Source: Patescibacteria group bacterium (GTDB taxonomy: Bacteria; Patescibacteriota; Minisyncoccia; Minisyncoccales; UBA10102). From it: a DNA stretch of 60,736 bases. Each line of letters begins with the position of its first letter. Position 1 is the stretch's first letter. Location: assembly GCA_038062375.1 (NCBI GenBank), contig JBBTXG010000002.1:1-60736 (forward strand). The letters run 5' to 3'. The notes beneath the pieces are model-generated. The model did not search any database, was not told the origin of the DNA, and was given only the letters and a program-made list of their open reading frames with translations. Positions 40,578 through 50,218 of the stretch are shown here, piece by piece. The translations under genes and the position numbers were made by a program.

Positions 40578-41793
40578 GCTGCTCCATTTGTACTTTTATT
40601 TGTGCTACTGCCTGCTGCACGTATCTGCGAGCCTGCGATTGACTTTTTCCAGTCCCAATGACCACTGCTACCTTATGAATGTCGGTTGGGGTAGGAGGAA
40701 GAATGGGATCTCTTTTGAAGTTCGAGAGAAGCTGTACAAATTTTATCCCTGGCATGGTCGCCGCCCTCCGGATGCCTTTGATAGAGCGAATCTTCCCTGG
40801 CCGAGTAAATACATAACGTTCAATGGAGGGTTTCGAATGCTTGGGAAGTAAATCTTCTTCATTGACTCTATCGCCAACGCTCATCTGGATCAAGGGTTTT
40901 AAGATTTGAATGCCATTTTGGAGAGGTGTCTGCGCAGAACAAAAGAATCCTCCGCTCGTCCGGCAAGCCATTTCAAGTATCTTTGGCCCGTCACGAACGA
41001 TAATAATATCTCCTTTTGCAGCTCCAAAACGAATCTGGAGTGCTTCGATTGCCTGTTCAATAGCCAGTTTTACTCGAGCGAGTTCTTTGAAAGAAAGTTT
41101 CGTGGGCATGTCGCCGCCGTCTTCGACAAAACGAGGAAGATAGCGCTTCGTGTCTCCATAATTGCGATCAGAAAAAGCAGTATGATACACTTTTCCCTCC
41201 CAGACTACAGCCTCTGAACTCAAATCATGGCCTTGGAGATATTCTTCGATAAGCACGACTTTCTGGTGAGAAAACGAAAGAGCTTCTTGGTAGGCATGCG
41301 CCACCTCACGCACATTTGACACCAGGCTCACTCCCCTGGAAGCCGAATTGTCAATGGGCTTGCATACGCAAGGAAAACCAATCGACTGCGCTCTCTCTCG
41401 GGCTTGCTTGATTGTGTGTGCAGTCTCAAATTTCGGGCAGGGCACGTCCTGCGCCTTCAACCGTTCAATCCGCTGCAATTTATTCGTTGCTCGCTCTGCT
41501 ACTTTTGAATCAAGCCCCGGAAGTCCAAGACTCTTTGCAATGTGAGCTACCACAACCGGCATCTCCACTGCATGCGCCATCACTCCATGCACCTTATACT
41601 TCTTGCCGATCTGAATCATTGCTTGCGCGTCTTGAATATCCCCAGACAAACCAATATGAGCTTCTTTCAAACCTCGAGCATAAGGATTTCCATCTACTGC
41701 GAGAACACGGTATCCAAGACTCCGAGCAATGCGAATTGCAATCGTCTGGTCCGGACCTGCGCCAAGAAGCATGATTGTTTTTTGTCTTCTCAT
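40570..41793 (-). CDS. ATP-grasp domain ligase
   Basis: Motifs LLGAGPDQ, KPIDNSASRGV, IEEYLQG and EMACRTSGG. Confidence 0.88.
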   Translation of the reverse strand: MRRQKTIMLLGAGPDQTIAIRIARSLGYRVLAVDGNPYARGLKEAHIGLSGDIQDAQAMIQIGKKYKVHGVMAHAVEMPVVVAHIAKSLGLPGLDSKVAERATNKLQRIERLKAQDVPCPKFETAHTIKQARERAQSIGFPCVCKPIDNSASRGVSLVSNVREVAHAYQEALSFSHQKVVLIEEYLQGHDLSSEAVVWEGKVYHTAFSDRNYGDTKRYLPRFVEDGGDMPTKLSFKELARVKLAIEQAIEALQIRFGAAKGDIIIVRDGPKILEMACRTSGGFFCSAQTPLQNGIQILKPLIQMSVGDRVNEEDLLPKHSKPSIERYVFTRPGKIRSIKGIRRAATMPGIKFVQLLSNFKRDPILPPTPTDIHKVAVVIGTGKSQSQARRYVQQAVAQIKVQMEQHE

Positions 41794-42953
41794 GGTATTT
41801 CATCTCTCCATTTGCATACCTCCTCCAATAACCTCTGAAGCATTGATGCCTCAATCGGTACCAAAGAGACCCCGGGCAAGCCCTTATCCATGAGCACGCG
41901 CTCTACAAACCAGTTTTTCAAATCAGGCGAAAAGCGTTGATCCTCCAAAGTAAGAGTGCCCGCCACATCCTTCACAAAACCTTCGATATGTTCAATGAAT
42001 ACTGCGGAATCAGAAATGGACTCCCCGTAGACATAGTGGTGCATCTCTCTCATTTCTTGTGTGCCTGCATTTTGCTCTCGATAGAATTTCAGCACATGGG
42101 GCAAAATTCTCCCTACCACTTCTCCGTGCGAAAGTGCACCATGCGGTTCCATCGCTGCAGACATCGTATGAACAACACCTGTTCTTGCGTTGGTGATCAC
42201 CAATCCTCCGATCGTTCCCGCGAGCATCATCTGCTCTCGCGACACGACATCTTCGGGATGTCCGAAAACTTTTGGAAGTGTGGTGAGAATAATTCTCATT
42301 CCCAAAAGTGCCAATGTTTTGGAATAGAGACTGCTTTGCGTATTCAGATACCCTTCGATGCAATGCACAAGAGCGTCCAACCCCGTAGCCCCAGTAATTC
42401 CTTTTGGCAGATTGACCGTGAGCAAAGGATCGACAAGAGCGAGCCAAGGACATACCATCTCTGACTTAATGGTGAACTTGCGCTTCTGCTTCTTATCAGA
42501 GAATACCGCGTACATCGTTACTTCGCTTCCCGTTCCTGCGGTCGTGGGCACTGCAAGGAGGGGAAGAGAAGGAAAAAGAATTTTCGCGGGGTCCAGAAAA
42601 TCTCCACACGTTCCTCCGTTCGCTGCAAGAAGCGCGATGTGCTTTCCGGTATCGAGCACACTTCCTCCTCCGACGGCAATCACCATGTCGCATCCGTGTT
42701 CTTTCAGCGCATCCCTTCCTTTTTCTGGAACAGAACAATCTGGTTCTGGAGTCACCTCATCAAATTGCACGTACTCCACGTTTGCATCTCTCAATAGAGA
42801 ATCGATCCTTTCGGCTAATCCCTGGGCCTCAAGAAATCCCTTGTAACTCACAAGGAGTGCCTTCTTCCCTCGCATGCGCGCCCTCTCCCCGAGTTGGTCA
42901 AACGCTCCAACTCCGAATATGACTTTCGTTCGTGTCCCTATCTCGTAGATCAT
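41790..42953 (-). CDS. Iron-containing alcohol dehydrogenase (phosphonoacetaldehyde reductase-like)
   Basis: Motifs AVGGGSVLDTGK and VPTTAGTGSEVT; metal ligands in DALVHCIE, VVHTM and SHG. Confidence 0.88.
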   Translation of the reverse strand: MIYEIGTRTKVIFGVGAFDQLGERARMRGKKALLVSYKGFLEAQGLAERIDSLLRDANVEYVQFDEVTPEPDCSVPEKGRDALKEHGCDMVIAVGGGSVLDTGKHIALLAANGGTCGDFLDPAKILFPSLPLLAVPTTAGTGSEVTMYAVFSDKKQKRKFTIKSEMVCPWLALVDPLLTVNLPKGITGATGLDALVHCIEGYLNTQSSLYSKTLALLGMRIILTTLPKVFGHPEDVVSREQMMLAGTIGGLVITNARTGVVHTMSAAMEPHGALSHGEVVGRILPHVLKFYREQNAGTQEMREMHHYVYGESISDSAVFIEHIEGFVKDVAGTLTLEDQRFSPDLKNWFVERVLMDKGLPGVSLVPIEASMLQRLLEEVCKWRDEIP

Positions 42954-42983
42954 GCTCCACTATAAAAAACCTTTGAGAGTAAG

Positions 42984-44165
42984 TCAAACGATACGCTGCT
43001 CGAGTCGTTCAACAAAGCGTTTCATATCAAAATCTTTTGCCCTCAAGAACGCCCTTTCTTTCAACATCTTTGATGTATGTTCATTTTTCAAAAGTTCAAG
43101 GATTGCTTTTCCAAATAATTCCTCTTGGAGGGAAGGTTCCATTGCTCCGGTGAATTCGCTTGATCCTACCGGCACCAAAATTCCATATTCTCCATACTCC
43201 ACATCTCGAGCTTGCGCACGAAAGGAGCTCGAGGGCGCAAGAATCTCCCGAGGACCCGAGGTGCAATCAGTAGAAACAACGGGAAGACCGCACGCCATTG
43301 CTTCCACGATACTCATCGGGAATCCTTCCCATGAAGAACACAATACAAATACTTTCGCTTTCGCAAGAAATTTATAGGGATTTGTCTGCCAGCCCAAGAA
43401 ATGCACGAGTTCTGCTATCCCGAGTTCGTTGGCAAGTTCTTTCAGAATCTTTTCCCATTCCCCTTCTCCAAGAATTACAAGGTGTGTTCCGGGCAATCCT
43501 TCTTTCACTCTCAAAAATGCTTCGAGAAGATGCCACTGTGCTTTTTCTTTACTCAACCTACCCATCGTGATTACCACCGGATGAGAGAAGAGCTGCTCAA
43601 AACTTGGCTCGAGCGGTTCTCTCGAAAGTTGTTCGATTTTCTCAAGATCAATGGGGTTATACCAAACTTCAATCTTTTCTTTTGGAACGCCAAAATGCTT
43701 CTCCAGATCTTCGCCCGCAGCTCTTGAAACCACAATGACGCATGCTGCCTTATGGAACAAAAACCGAGCTATGAGCTTATAGAGAAATCCCCAGAAACCT
43801 TTTTTTGCTTGAGAGGGGAAAGAATCTACTCTCACCATTGGTCTTGTGTTGAGCAAGAGCGCAATCAACGCAGCAGCTCCTCCAAAGGTAATCACTCCAT
43901 CGGGGTGCTCTTCTTTTATAATCTTTCGAAATTTGAAAAATCGAGGAATCAGACGATAGAATCGCAGGAAAAAATTTCTCGAAAGTGGTTCATCGAGACT
44001 CAAAAGCCGCGCTTCATAAGGGTATGCAATTTTTTTCTCAAAAAGTACAATGAGAGACTCTACGGAATCTGCAAGATGAAGTGAAAGTTCAGAAACTAGA
44101 CGTTCTCCTCCTCCGTAAAAAAGTGTAGGGATAAAAAAGAGAATTTTTTTCTTTTGTTGGCTCAT
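42984..44165 (-). CDS. Glycosyltransferase family 4 (PglJ-like)
   Basis: Motifs GGGERLV, GRLSKEK and EGFPMSIVEAMACGLPVVSTDCTSGPREIL. Confidence 0.92.
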   Translation of the reverse strand: MSQQKKKILFFIPTLFYGGGERLVSELSLHLADSVESLIVLFEKKIAYPYEARLLSLDEPLSRNFFLRFYRLIPRFFKFRKIIKEEHPDGVITFGGAAALIALLLNTRPMVRVDSFPSQAKKGFWGFLYKLIARFLFHKAACVIVVSRAAGEDLEKHFGVPKEKIEVWYNPIDLEKIEQLSREPLEPSFEQLFSHPVVITMGRLSKEKAQWHLLEAFLRVKEGLPGTHLVILGEGEWEKILKELANELGIAELVHFLGWQTNPYKFLAKAKVFVLCSSWEGFPMSIVEAMACGLPVVSTDCTSGPREILAPSSSFRAQARDVEYGEYGILVPVGSSEFTGAMEPSLQEELFGKAILELLKNEHTSKMLKERAFLRAKDFDMKRFVERLEQRIV

Positions 44166-45409
44166 GAAGGTGAACTCAAAAGAAAGGAGAATACGCGCTT
44201 GGCCGCGTTCCCATCTTGATGCACGAAACAAAGATCTCTCTGACGTTTCCTTGCTTCTTTGAAATGATCTTCTCTTTTCAACGTCTCTTCTAAAATCTTG
44301 AGAAAATCTTCAAACGTATACGCCTTTGGGCCTGGAGTAAACTCATCGTAGTCAAAATAGAGTTCTCTGTCCTTGGTAACATATTTTTCCAAATCGTATG
44401 CAAAAAATATCTCTGGCCGATCCAACAAAAGAAAATCGACGAAAATGGACGAGTAGTCAGTAACCAGAACGTCGGCGAGTTTGAGCAAAGGGTAGGAATC
44501 CGTCACTGGCAAAACGAATATGATATGGGAATACTCTCCTTGTGGTATTGAGATTCGAGTAAAGGGATGAACTTTTACCACGAAAAATGCGTGGGACCTC
44601 TCGAGCAATCCATTGAGCATTTCGAGCTTCTCCCTCTCTTCTAAAAACGACTGATCGCCCGTATCTCGAAAAGTGGGTGCATAGAGTACTACTTTTGAAC
44701 CTTTTTGTTTTAATTCCTGAATCTTTTCATGCGCATGCAGATCAACGCCAACTTCAGCTCCCGGAATCTCGCGCATCAATACATCAGTCCTTGGACACCC
44801 TACCTGGATAATTCTTTCCTCGGGAATGTCAAATGCAGACCGAAAAATTCCGGTATAGAGAGGAGAAGGACTTGCTACATAATCTGGCTTGACAAAGCGC
44901 CAAGGAAAAAGAAAGCGCATTGCCAATTTAAGAATTCCTTGAGAAGCAAAAAGGAGAACTTCGCTTGACTCTCCTTTTTTCACATCCTGCTCCATCTTTT
45001 TGATCGGAAGCGCATGGAACAAATTGATGATCTTTGCCCCTCCCGATAACCAATAGCTGATCACTTCAACAGAGGTATCCGTGATAAAATACTTTGCTCT
45101 CAAAAGGTACCAGATTCCTTGAAAAGATTTCCCTTGCACTGCAAGGCATCCTTTTCCCCGAAGCTCGTCTCCAAGCTCTTCATTCCGCGAAATCCATATT
45201 GCCTTGATACCAGAATCTTTTGCGTTATTTTGGATATGCAAAAAGAGATACTTGCCATTCCCCTCAAACTTCCTCGGATGCCCAAACACCCAAATCTTCT
45301 CCTCTCGCGGCACAAGGTAAGAAAAAAATCGAATGAGAAATAAAAAGGGGTGTACAAGAAGACAAAAAAGATACCGTCTTATTTTCTCCCCATTCATGTT
45401 TATCTTCAT
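44162..45409 (-). CDS. CDP-glycerol glycerophosphotransferase family (TagB/TagF-like)
   Basis: Motifs FHALPIKK, GCPRTD, LYAPTFRD and LVTDYSSIFVDFLLLDRP. Confidence 0.9.
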   Translation of the reverse strand: MKINMNGEKIRRYLFCLLVHPFLFLIRFFSYLVPREEKIWVFGHPRKFEGNGKYLFLHIQNNAKDSGIKAIWISRNEELGDELRGKGCLAVQGKSFQGIWYLLRAKYFITDTSVEVISYWLSGGAKIINLFHALPIKKMEQDVKKGESSEVLLFASQGILKLAMRFLFPWRFVKPDYVASPSPLYTGIFRSAFDIPEERIIQVGCPRTDVLMREIPGAEVGVDLHAHEKIQELKQKGSKVVLYAPTFRDTGDQSFLEEREKLEMLNGLLERSHAFFVVKVHPFTRISIPQGEYSHIIFVLPVTDSYPLLKLADVLVTDYSSIFVDFLLLDRPEIFFAYDLEKYVTKDRELYFDYDEFTPGPKAYTFEDFLKILEETLKREDHFKEARKRQRDLCFVHQDGNAAKRVFSFLLSSPS

Positions 45410-45496
45410 AATATCTCAAACATAGCATTTTCTACCCTAGGGGAGAACTCTCTCAAAGTCAAATTCTCAACGAGTAACTACTTCCTGGGGTCATCT

Positions 45497-45632
45497 GCTC
45501 GGAATATAATCTGAAGGACTACCCGCAGCGAATTTGCATGGTTCCCGAGGACTGTCGAGGGAAAATTCGCGAGGAACTAAGCTTGCGCCTCGCTGGAGGC
45601 GCAGAGCGCGTCCTTCAGATTATATTCCGAGC
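45497..45632. mobile_element. MITE-like element or structured repeat with 23-bp perfect terminal inverted repeats
   Basis: GCTCGGAATATAATCTGAAGGAC (45497-45519) and its exact reverse complement (45610-45632) enclose two internal hairpins. No transposase and no clear target-site duplication. Confidence 0.55.
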
Positions 45633-45668
45633 TTTTTGCAGGGGGGCCAGTGAGGAGTTGCCTCAACG

Positions 45669-45715
45669 AAACCAAAAACCGCCCCGAGTTTATCGAAGGA
45701 CGGTTTTTGGTTTTT
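45669..45715. terminator. Terminator of the S-layer-like gene
   Basis: AAACCAAAAACCG...CGGTTTTTGGTTT stem; the loop CCCGAGTTTATCGAAGG is REP-like. Confidence 0.65.
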
Positions 45716-45760
45716 CCCTCACGACCCCCCACAAGAAGGTATGAGGATTCAGTTCAAGCG

Positions 45761-48700
45761 TTAGCTCGGATTCACGAGAGAACCAGCAAAGATGTCTCCA
45801 CGGAAGATAATATTTGGATACTCGTATTCACCGATTGCGTCGATGCCCCATTCAAGTTTGTCTGCAGCAAGATTATCATCGAGCCATAGCTGTATGGCGT
45901 CCCCGTTATCCTCCAGTTCCAGAGTGTCTGAATAGACATAGAGTTTCTTGGTTTGACCCGCAGGTATCGTGAAGCTGTCGGTAGTGAAGTCAAATGTTAC
46001 AGAAGTGCTTGATTGTTCAGAACCAGCTGAACCTGCAGCAGTCGCGTCAAGCGTGGTTCCATCTTGATCCTTGAGCGTGAACACTTCAAGGTTTCCATCA
46101 GAATCGTTAATGCTCTGGGAGAGACTCACGGTGAGCAGGCTCGTGCTGTTAAAGGTTACATCCTCTCCTGCTGCGGCTTTCACGTCAAAGATTGCAAGCA
46201 AGCTATTCGAGCTTTCCACAAGATTTCCTTGTGGCGATGCGGAGTTCACGCTAAAGTATGGTCTGCTCTTAAAGAATGTGTGAGCCTTTCCGTCTCGATC
46301 TGTCGCATCGTTCACCGCACTTCCCGAAGCCTTTCCCGTAGTATTTGCCTTGTTAAGCTTCACTTGCACGGTAATGTCGTTGTCTGCAGCAGCAGTCGTG
46401 GTGTCATACAAGTCACCTTTCACCGTAATCTTCTTGTTGCTATTTCCAGGAACTACCAGCGTGCCATCAGTAAACGGGATGTTGAAGTCGTCAGGATCAG
46501 TGGAAGATCCTTTTCCTCCAGGAGCTGTTCCGAGCAAGGTCGCGCCATCATAGAACTTGTAGGTAGCAACCTTATAGCCTCCCGTAACGTCAATGTCCAT
46601 GTCATCGAGATCAAGACTCTCCACTGCGTTGGCTGCCAATCTGAATACTGCCAGTGTTACGTCTTTTCCATTCGCAAGTACCAAATCTGCACTTGGAGTG
46701 GAAGCATCCAAAGAAGTTGTCAACGTACCCGCAGAAGCTACAGTCATTGCCTGACCGCTCCCGGTAAATGTTGCCGTAATAGAGTTTCCGGTATCAGCTC
46801 CAGTTACCGTAGCAGCGCTGATTTTTAGTGTATGCGTTCCGCTCGTGGCTCCTGTCACCAGATCAGCAATAACCGCCACTGCTGTGCTTGTTTCTTTCTT
46901 TACCGTAATAGTCTGCGTTAACGTATAGGCAAGCGTATCTGCCGTGTTTGCAGCTGTCTCGTCGAACTGCGCAGCGTTTCCTATGCGCGTTTCGTAGGCA
47001 TCCCCTCTGGAGCTGTTCGCTGAAGTCAAATCAACCCATAGTTCGGTATTGTCTACGTCTTGAGCATCAGCTCCGCTTGCAGTGGTATTGGTAACGGTCA
47101 AGGAAGTTACGTGTACAGCTTCGCCTGAAGCGCTTGCATTAAGAGCAACGGTTGCGAAGACAAGGTCTTGAATCCCTGCGGCAATGCTTTTTGCAGCAGG
47201 TTCCGTAAGTGTTTCTGCCTTCAACGCTCCAGCTTTCACGGTAAGAGTATTCGCGTTCACTTCGGTGTTCGCAGGAGTCGGGGTGATTGAATTGTTGGAC
47301 GTCATCCCTGTTGCGGTGATATCAGTTGCATCCGCATCAGCAATACCAACTCGAATGGTATCGCTCGCCGATGTTGCAGTCGCGATGTTTGCTGTTACCG
47401 TAATAGGATTCGTTCCGATGGGAAGAATAATCGTGTCAGTGAATGTTACCGAACCCTCGTATGCGGTGCTGTTTGCTCCTGTCACATCAGTCGTGCTCAG
47501 ATCTGCCGGACCAGCAAGCAATTTCCCGTCTTTGTCTAACACTTTGACGCTTGTTACTTCAGTCTCTACCATGGTGCCCAAGTCGAAAGAAAACTTCAAA
47601 GAAGTAATCTTGATGGATTCACCCTGCACAAGGAAGTCAAAGACTCCGAGTTTTTGGCTGTTTGCTTGAGCAATATTTCCTGTCGCGGGGGTAGAGGTAG
47701 CCTTCGAAGTTGCTAAAGAGCCATTGTTGATTGTCTGATTCGCATTCGCCAATCCATCATTGCTGTTGGTCCAGTCTGAAGCATCATTTCCGTCTGGAGT
47801 AATGTAGAATCCATAGGTATTGCCTTTCACGGACATGAGCACATCGCTTCCATCCATGAGATCAGCATTCACCGTAAGACTCACTCCGCTGATTATATCA
47901 AGTTGCACTCTGAAGCGACGTGTCTCTCCTTTATCAACAACGATATTCAATCCGCTCCATGATGCTTTTCCATCCGACGTCCACTGGCTGGTGCCCAAGG
48001 ACACATTTTTGCTTACATCAAACAACTCGATATTGCTCGTGTCTGACAAGGAAGCTGAACCTGACTCTGCGATCGTAATCTGCTCGATTGTTGCGGCCTC
48101 CGTAGACCCAACCACTACCTTGAAGGTATTCACGATCACATCCTTGTCGCCAACATCAGGTGTAGAGTCTGTCAGTGCTCCATCCTCCATTACTTCTACC
48201 GTGCCAATGGCAAGAGCAACTGTAGTAAACGCATTCCCTTTAACAGGGAAGGTACCGCTTACCGTAGCTGATCCTGCTGATATGTCAGCAGCGGAATTAA
48301 TACCAAGCGCTACTGTCTTTCCGCCAGCAGTGCCATTCAGAATACCAGCTCGAATGTAGAATGCTTTACTTGTATTAGCGGCAATCTTCAATGCAGGCGA
48401 GAAAGTCAGCTGTGCTTTATTATCAGTACTCAACGTGCCAATGGAACCAATTTTTACTCCATTTTCGTCGAGAATTTTAATGTTCTCGATATCGGCGTTC
48501 GCAGTCAATCCATACCTTGTCACCCAAACGGTGCTCACCGATACATCCTGCATCCCCGCTGTAAGCCAGAATTTGGTCATATTGGCATTTCCCTCATCAG
48601 CAATGGTGGCAGAAGCTGGAGTATCAGAACCCAAAGTCACTTGCAAGGTATTTCCAGACACTGGAGGAACTTCAGGCGGTGCGGGAGGTGTTGTCGGCGT

Positions 48701-49219
48701 TGGACCTGGGGCAGGTGTTGGTGTCGGAGCAGCAGCAAGCCAACCATTCAACTTTGTCCTTGTGGAAGGACCGACAAATCCTGTACCCATTGACAAACCC
48801 ACTGGTACCAATATGTCGCTCGCATATTTCTCCTGGAACTTCATTACAGCAACTCTTGTTAAGGGACCAAAGTACTGGCTCTCGTTTCCTGGGGAACCAG
48901 CGCCCGAAGAAGCAACCTGCGTCATTGAATCAGAGTTTAAGACCATCTGGAGATACTTTACGTCAGATCCACTCGCTCCCTGCACGAGGTTCTTGGTGAA
49001 CGTGAAACCTGCTGGAATCCCAGCAATCCCTCCTCCTGGGCCACCCTGCAATACGTTCAACTGGGTCTGCAACTGCGCGATTGTCGCTAAAAGCTGCTGA
49101 ATCTGCGCTTGCAACTCTCCAGCAGTTTGCGCCTGTGCTGCGCCTGAAGGCACAACAACGCTCACTGCAACAATTGCAGCCATCGCGCTGAAAACAGTCT
49201 TTTTTACGAAATTACTCAT
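45761..49219 (-). CDS. S-layer-like secreted protein with peptidoglycan-binding-like domain and Ig-like beta repeats
   Basis: Signal peptide, Gln-rich coiled coil, FQEKYASDILVPVG..GTGFVGPSTRTKLN, Pro-rich linker, then about 950 aa of Thr/Ala/Ser/Asp-rich beta sequence. Confidence 0.72.
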   Translation of the reverse strand: MSNFVKKTVFSAMAAIVAVSVVVPSGAAQAQTAGELQAQIQQLLATIAQLQTQLNVLQGGPGGGIAGIPAGFTFTKNLVQGASGSDVKYLQMVLNSDSMTQVASSGAGSPGNESQYFGPLTRVAVMKFQEKYASDILVPVGLSMGTGFVGPSTRTKLNGWLAAAPTPTPAPGPTPTTPPAPPEVPPVSGNTLQVTLGSDTPASATIADEGNANMTKFWLTAGMQDVSVSTVWVTRYGLTANADIENIKILDENGVKIGSIGTLSTDNKAQLTFSPALKIAANTSKAFYIRAGILNGTAGGKTVALGINSAADISAGSATVSGTFPVKGNAFTTVALAIGTVEVMEDGALTDSTPDVGDKDVIVNTFKVVVGSTEAATIEQITIAESGSASLSDTSNIELFDVSKNVSLGTSQWTSDGKASWSGLNIVVDKGETRRFRVQLDIISGVSLTVNADLMDGSDVLMSVKGNTYGFYITPDGNDASDWTNSNDGLANANQTINNGSLATSKATSTPATGNIAQANSQKLGVFDFLVQGESIKITSLKFSFDLGTMVETEVTSVKVLDKDGKLLAGPADLSTTDVTGANSTAYEGSVTFTDTIILPIGTNPITVTANIATATSASDTIRVGIADADATDITATGMTSNNSITPTPANTEVNANTLTVKAGALKAETLTEPAAKSIAAGIQDLVFATVALNASASGEAVHVTSLTVTNTTASGADAQDVDNTELWVDLTSANSSRGDAYETRIGNAAQFDETAANTADTLAYTLTQTITVKKETSTAVAVIADLVTGATSGTHTLKISAATVTGADTGNSITATFTGSGQAMTVASAGTLTTSLDASTPSADLVLANGKDVTLAVFRLAANAVESLDLDDMDIDVTGGYKVATYKFYDGATLLGTAPGGKGSSTDPDDFNIPFTDGTLVVPGNSNKKITVKGDLYDTTTAAADNDITVQVKLNKANTTGKASGSAVNDATDRDGKAHTFFKSRPYFSVNSASPQGNLVESSNSLLAIFDVKAAAGEDVTFNSTSLLTVSLSQSINDSDGNLEVFTLKDQDGTTLDATAAGSAGSEQSSTSVTFDFTTDSFTIPAGQTKKLYVYSDTLELEDNGDAIQLWLDDNLAADKLEWGIDAIGEYEYPNIIFRGDIFAGSLVNPS

Positions 49220-49369
49220 CTTTTAGTTTTTTAGTTTTGTTGGTTTGTTATTCTACGACCTATCTCTGAAGGATCGAGAATTACTCGATCCTTTCGAACG
49301 TTTCGACCTTTTCTCAATTTGCCAATCCCAAAAAGGGATTTGCTTTCTATAAATAAATTATATGCTTTG

Positions 49370-50155
49370 CTATTCAAGGTTTTCTAATGCCCACACCTTT
49401 TCCAATGCTCCTTGGTAATCCCCTCTCTCATAGAGCGCTTTCGCCTCTTGGAAAAGTATCTCTTGCTTTTCTGTCAATGAACGAATTCCCAACTCTCCAA
49501 ATTCTCTTTCCAGTAAACTTCTCATAACATCCTCGAGCTCATCTTCTGCTTCTTCTCCGATTGTTGTCCCCAAAACCTTTTCTATTTCAGCTTTTTCCCT
49601 TTGGAACTGAACGAGCTCTTTTACTACCCGTAAAGTCTTCTCTGGCTTTTTTTCTACAATCTGTCCTATGCTCTTTGATACCCCAGAAACATTTTCTTTA
49701 AACTCTTGAATCGCAGAGGAGAGATTTTTTATATCTCCGCCCTCTCGATCTCCAGCAATTCTTTTCAAGTCTTCAAGGCGCCTCTGGACAATCGCGAGTT
49801 GCAAGAAAGGCTTTTCTTCTTCTGGGGAAAAAGTAAAAAGGATGCGTTCAGCTGCCGTTCTCACCGGATACAATGCATCTCCTGGTAAGCTCTTGATCAC
49901 GATGTGCCATGCTATTATCCCCGAGATCAAAAGAGCAAAACAAGACAACACAAAAGATGGCTTCTGTAGATAATATCGTAGCCAAGAAACAAGGTCAAGT
50001 ATCCGAGAAAACCTCGTTTTTCCCCAACCAAAAGAGGGCACAGCTCTTTCTCTTCTGAAAAGCCTATTTTTCGTCAACACAACCCATTCTTCTCTGGGTC
50101 TAATTGTTTTCAGAAGGGAAATTTTTTCGTGAAGTTCTTTATCGTCCATATCCAT
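49370..50155 (-). CDS. Putative anti-sigma factor (DUF5667-like)
   Basis: One TM segment followed by SLPGDALYPVRTAAE; directly downstream of the ECF sigma gene. Confidence 0.75.
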   Translation of the reverse strand: MDMDDKELHEKISLLKTIRPREEWVVLTKNRLFRRERAVPSFGWGKTRFSRILDLVSWLRYYLQKPSFVLSCFALLISGIIAWHIVIKSLPGDALYPVRTAAERILFTFSPEEEKPFLQLAIVQRRLEDLKRIAGDREGGDIKNLSSAIQEFKENVSGVSKSIGQIVEKKPEKTLRVVKELVQFQREKAEIEKVLGTTIGEEAEDELEDVMRSLLEREFGELGIRSLTEKQEILFQEAKALYERGDYQGALEKVWALENLE

Positions 50156-50192
50156 GGGAGTGGAACGTTATCAACATCCCTTATATTATTAT

Positions 50193-50218
50193 GTCGAAAA
50201 AACGTGGGTTTTGTTACA
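50193..50218 (-). promoter_or_regulatory. ECF-type promoter
   Basis: Minus-strand TGTAAC-N16-CGAC overlapping the sigma stop codon, upstream of the anti-sigma gene. Confidence 0.65.
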
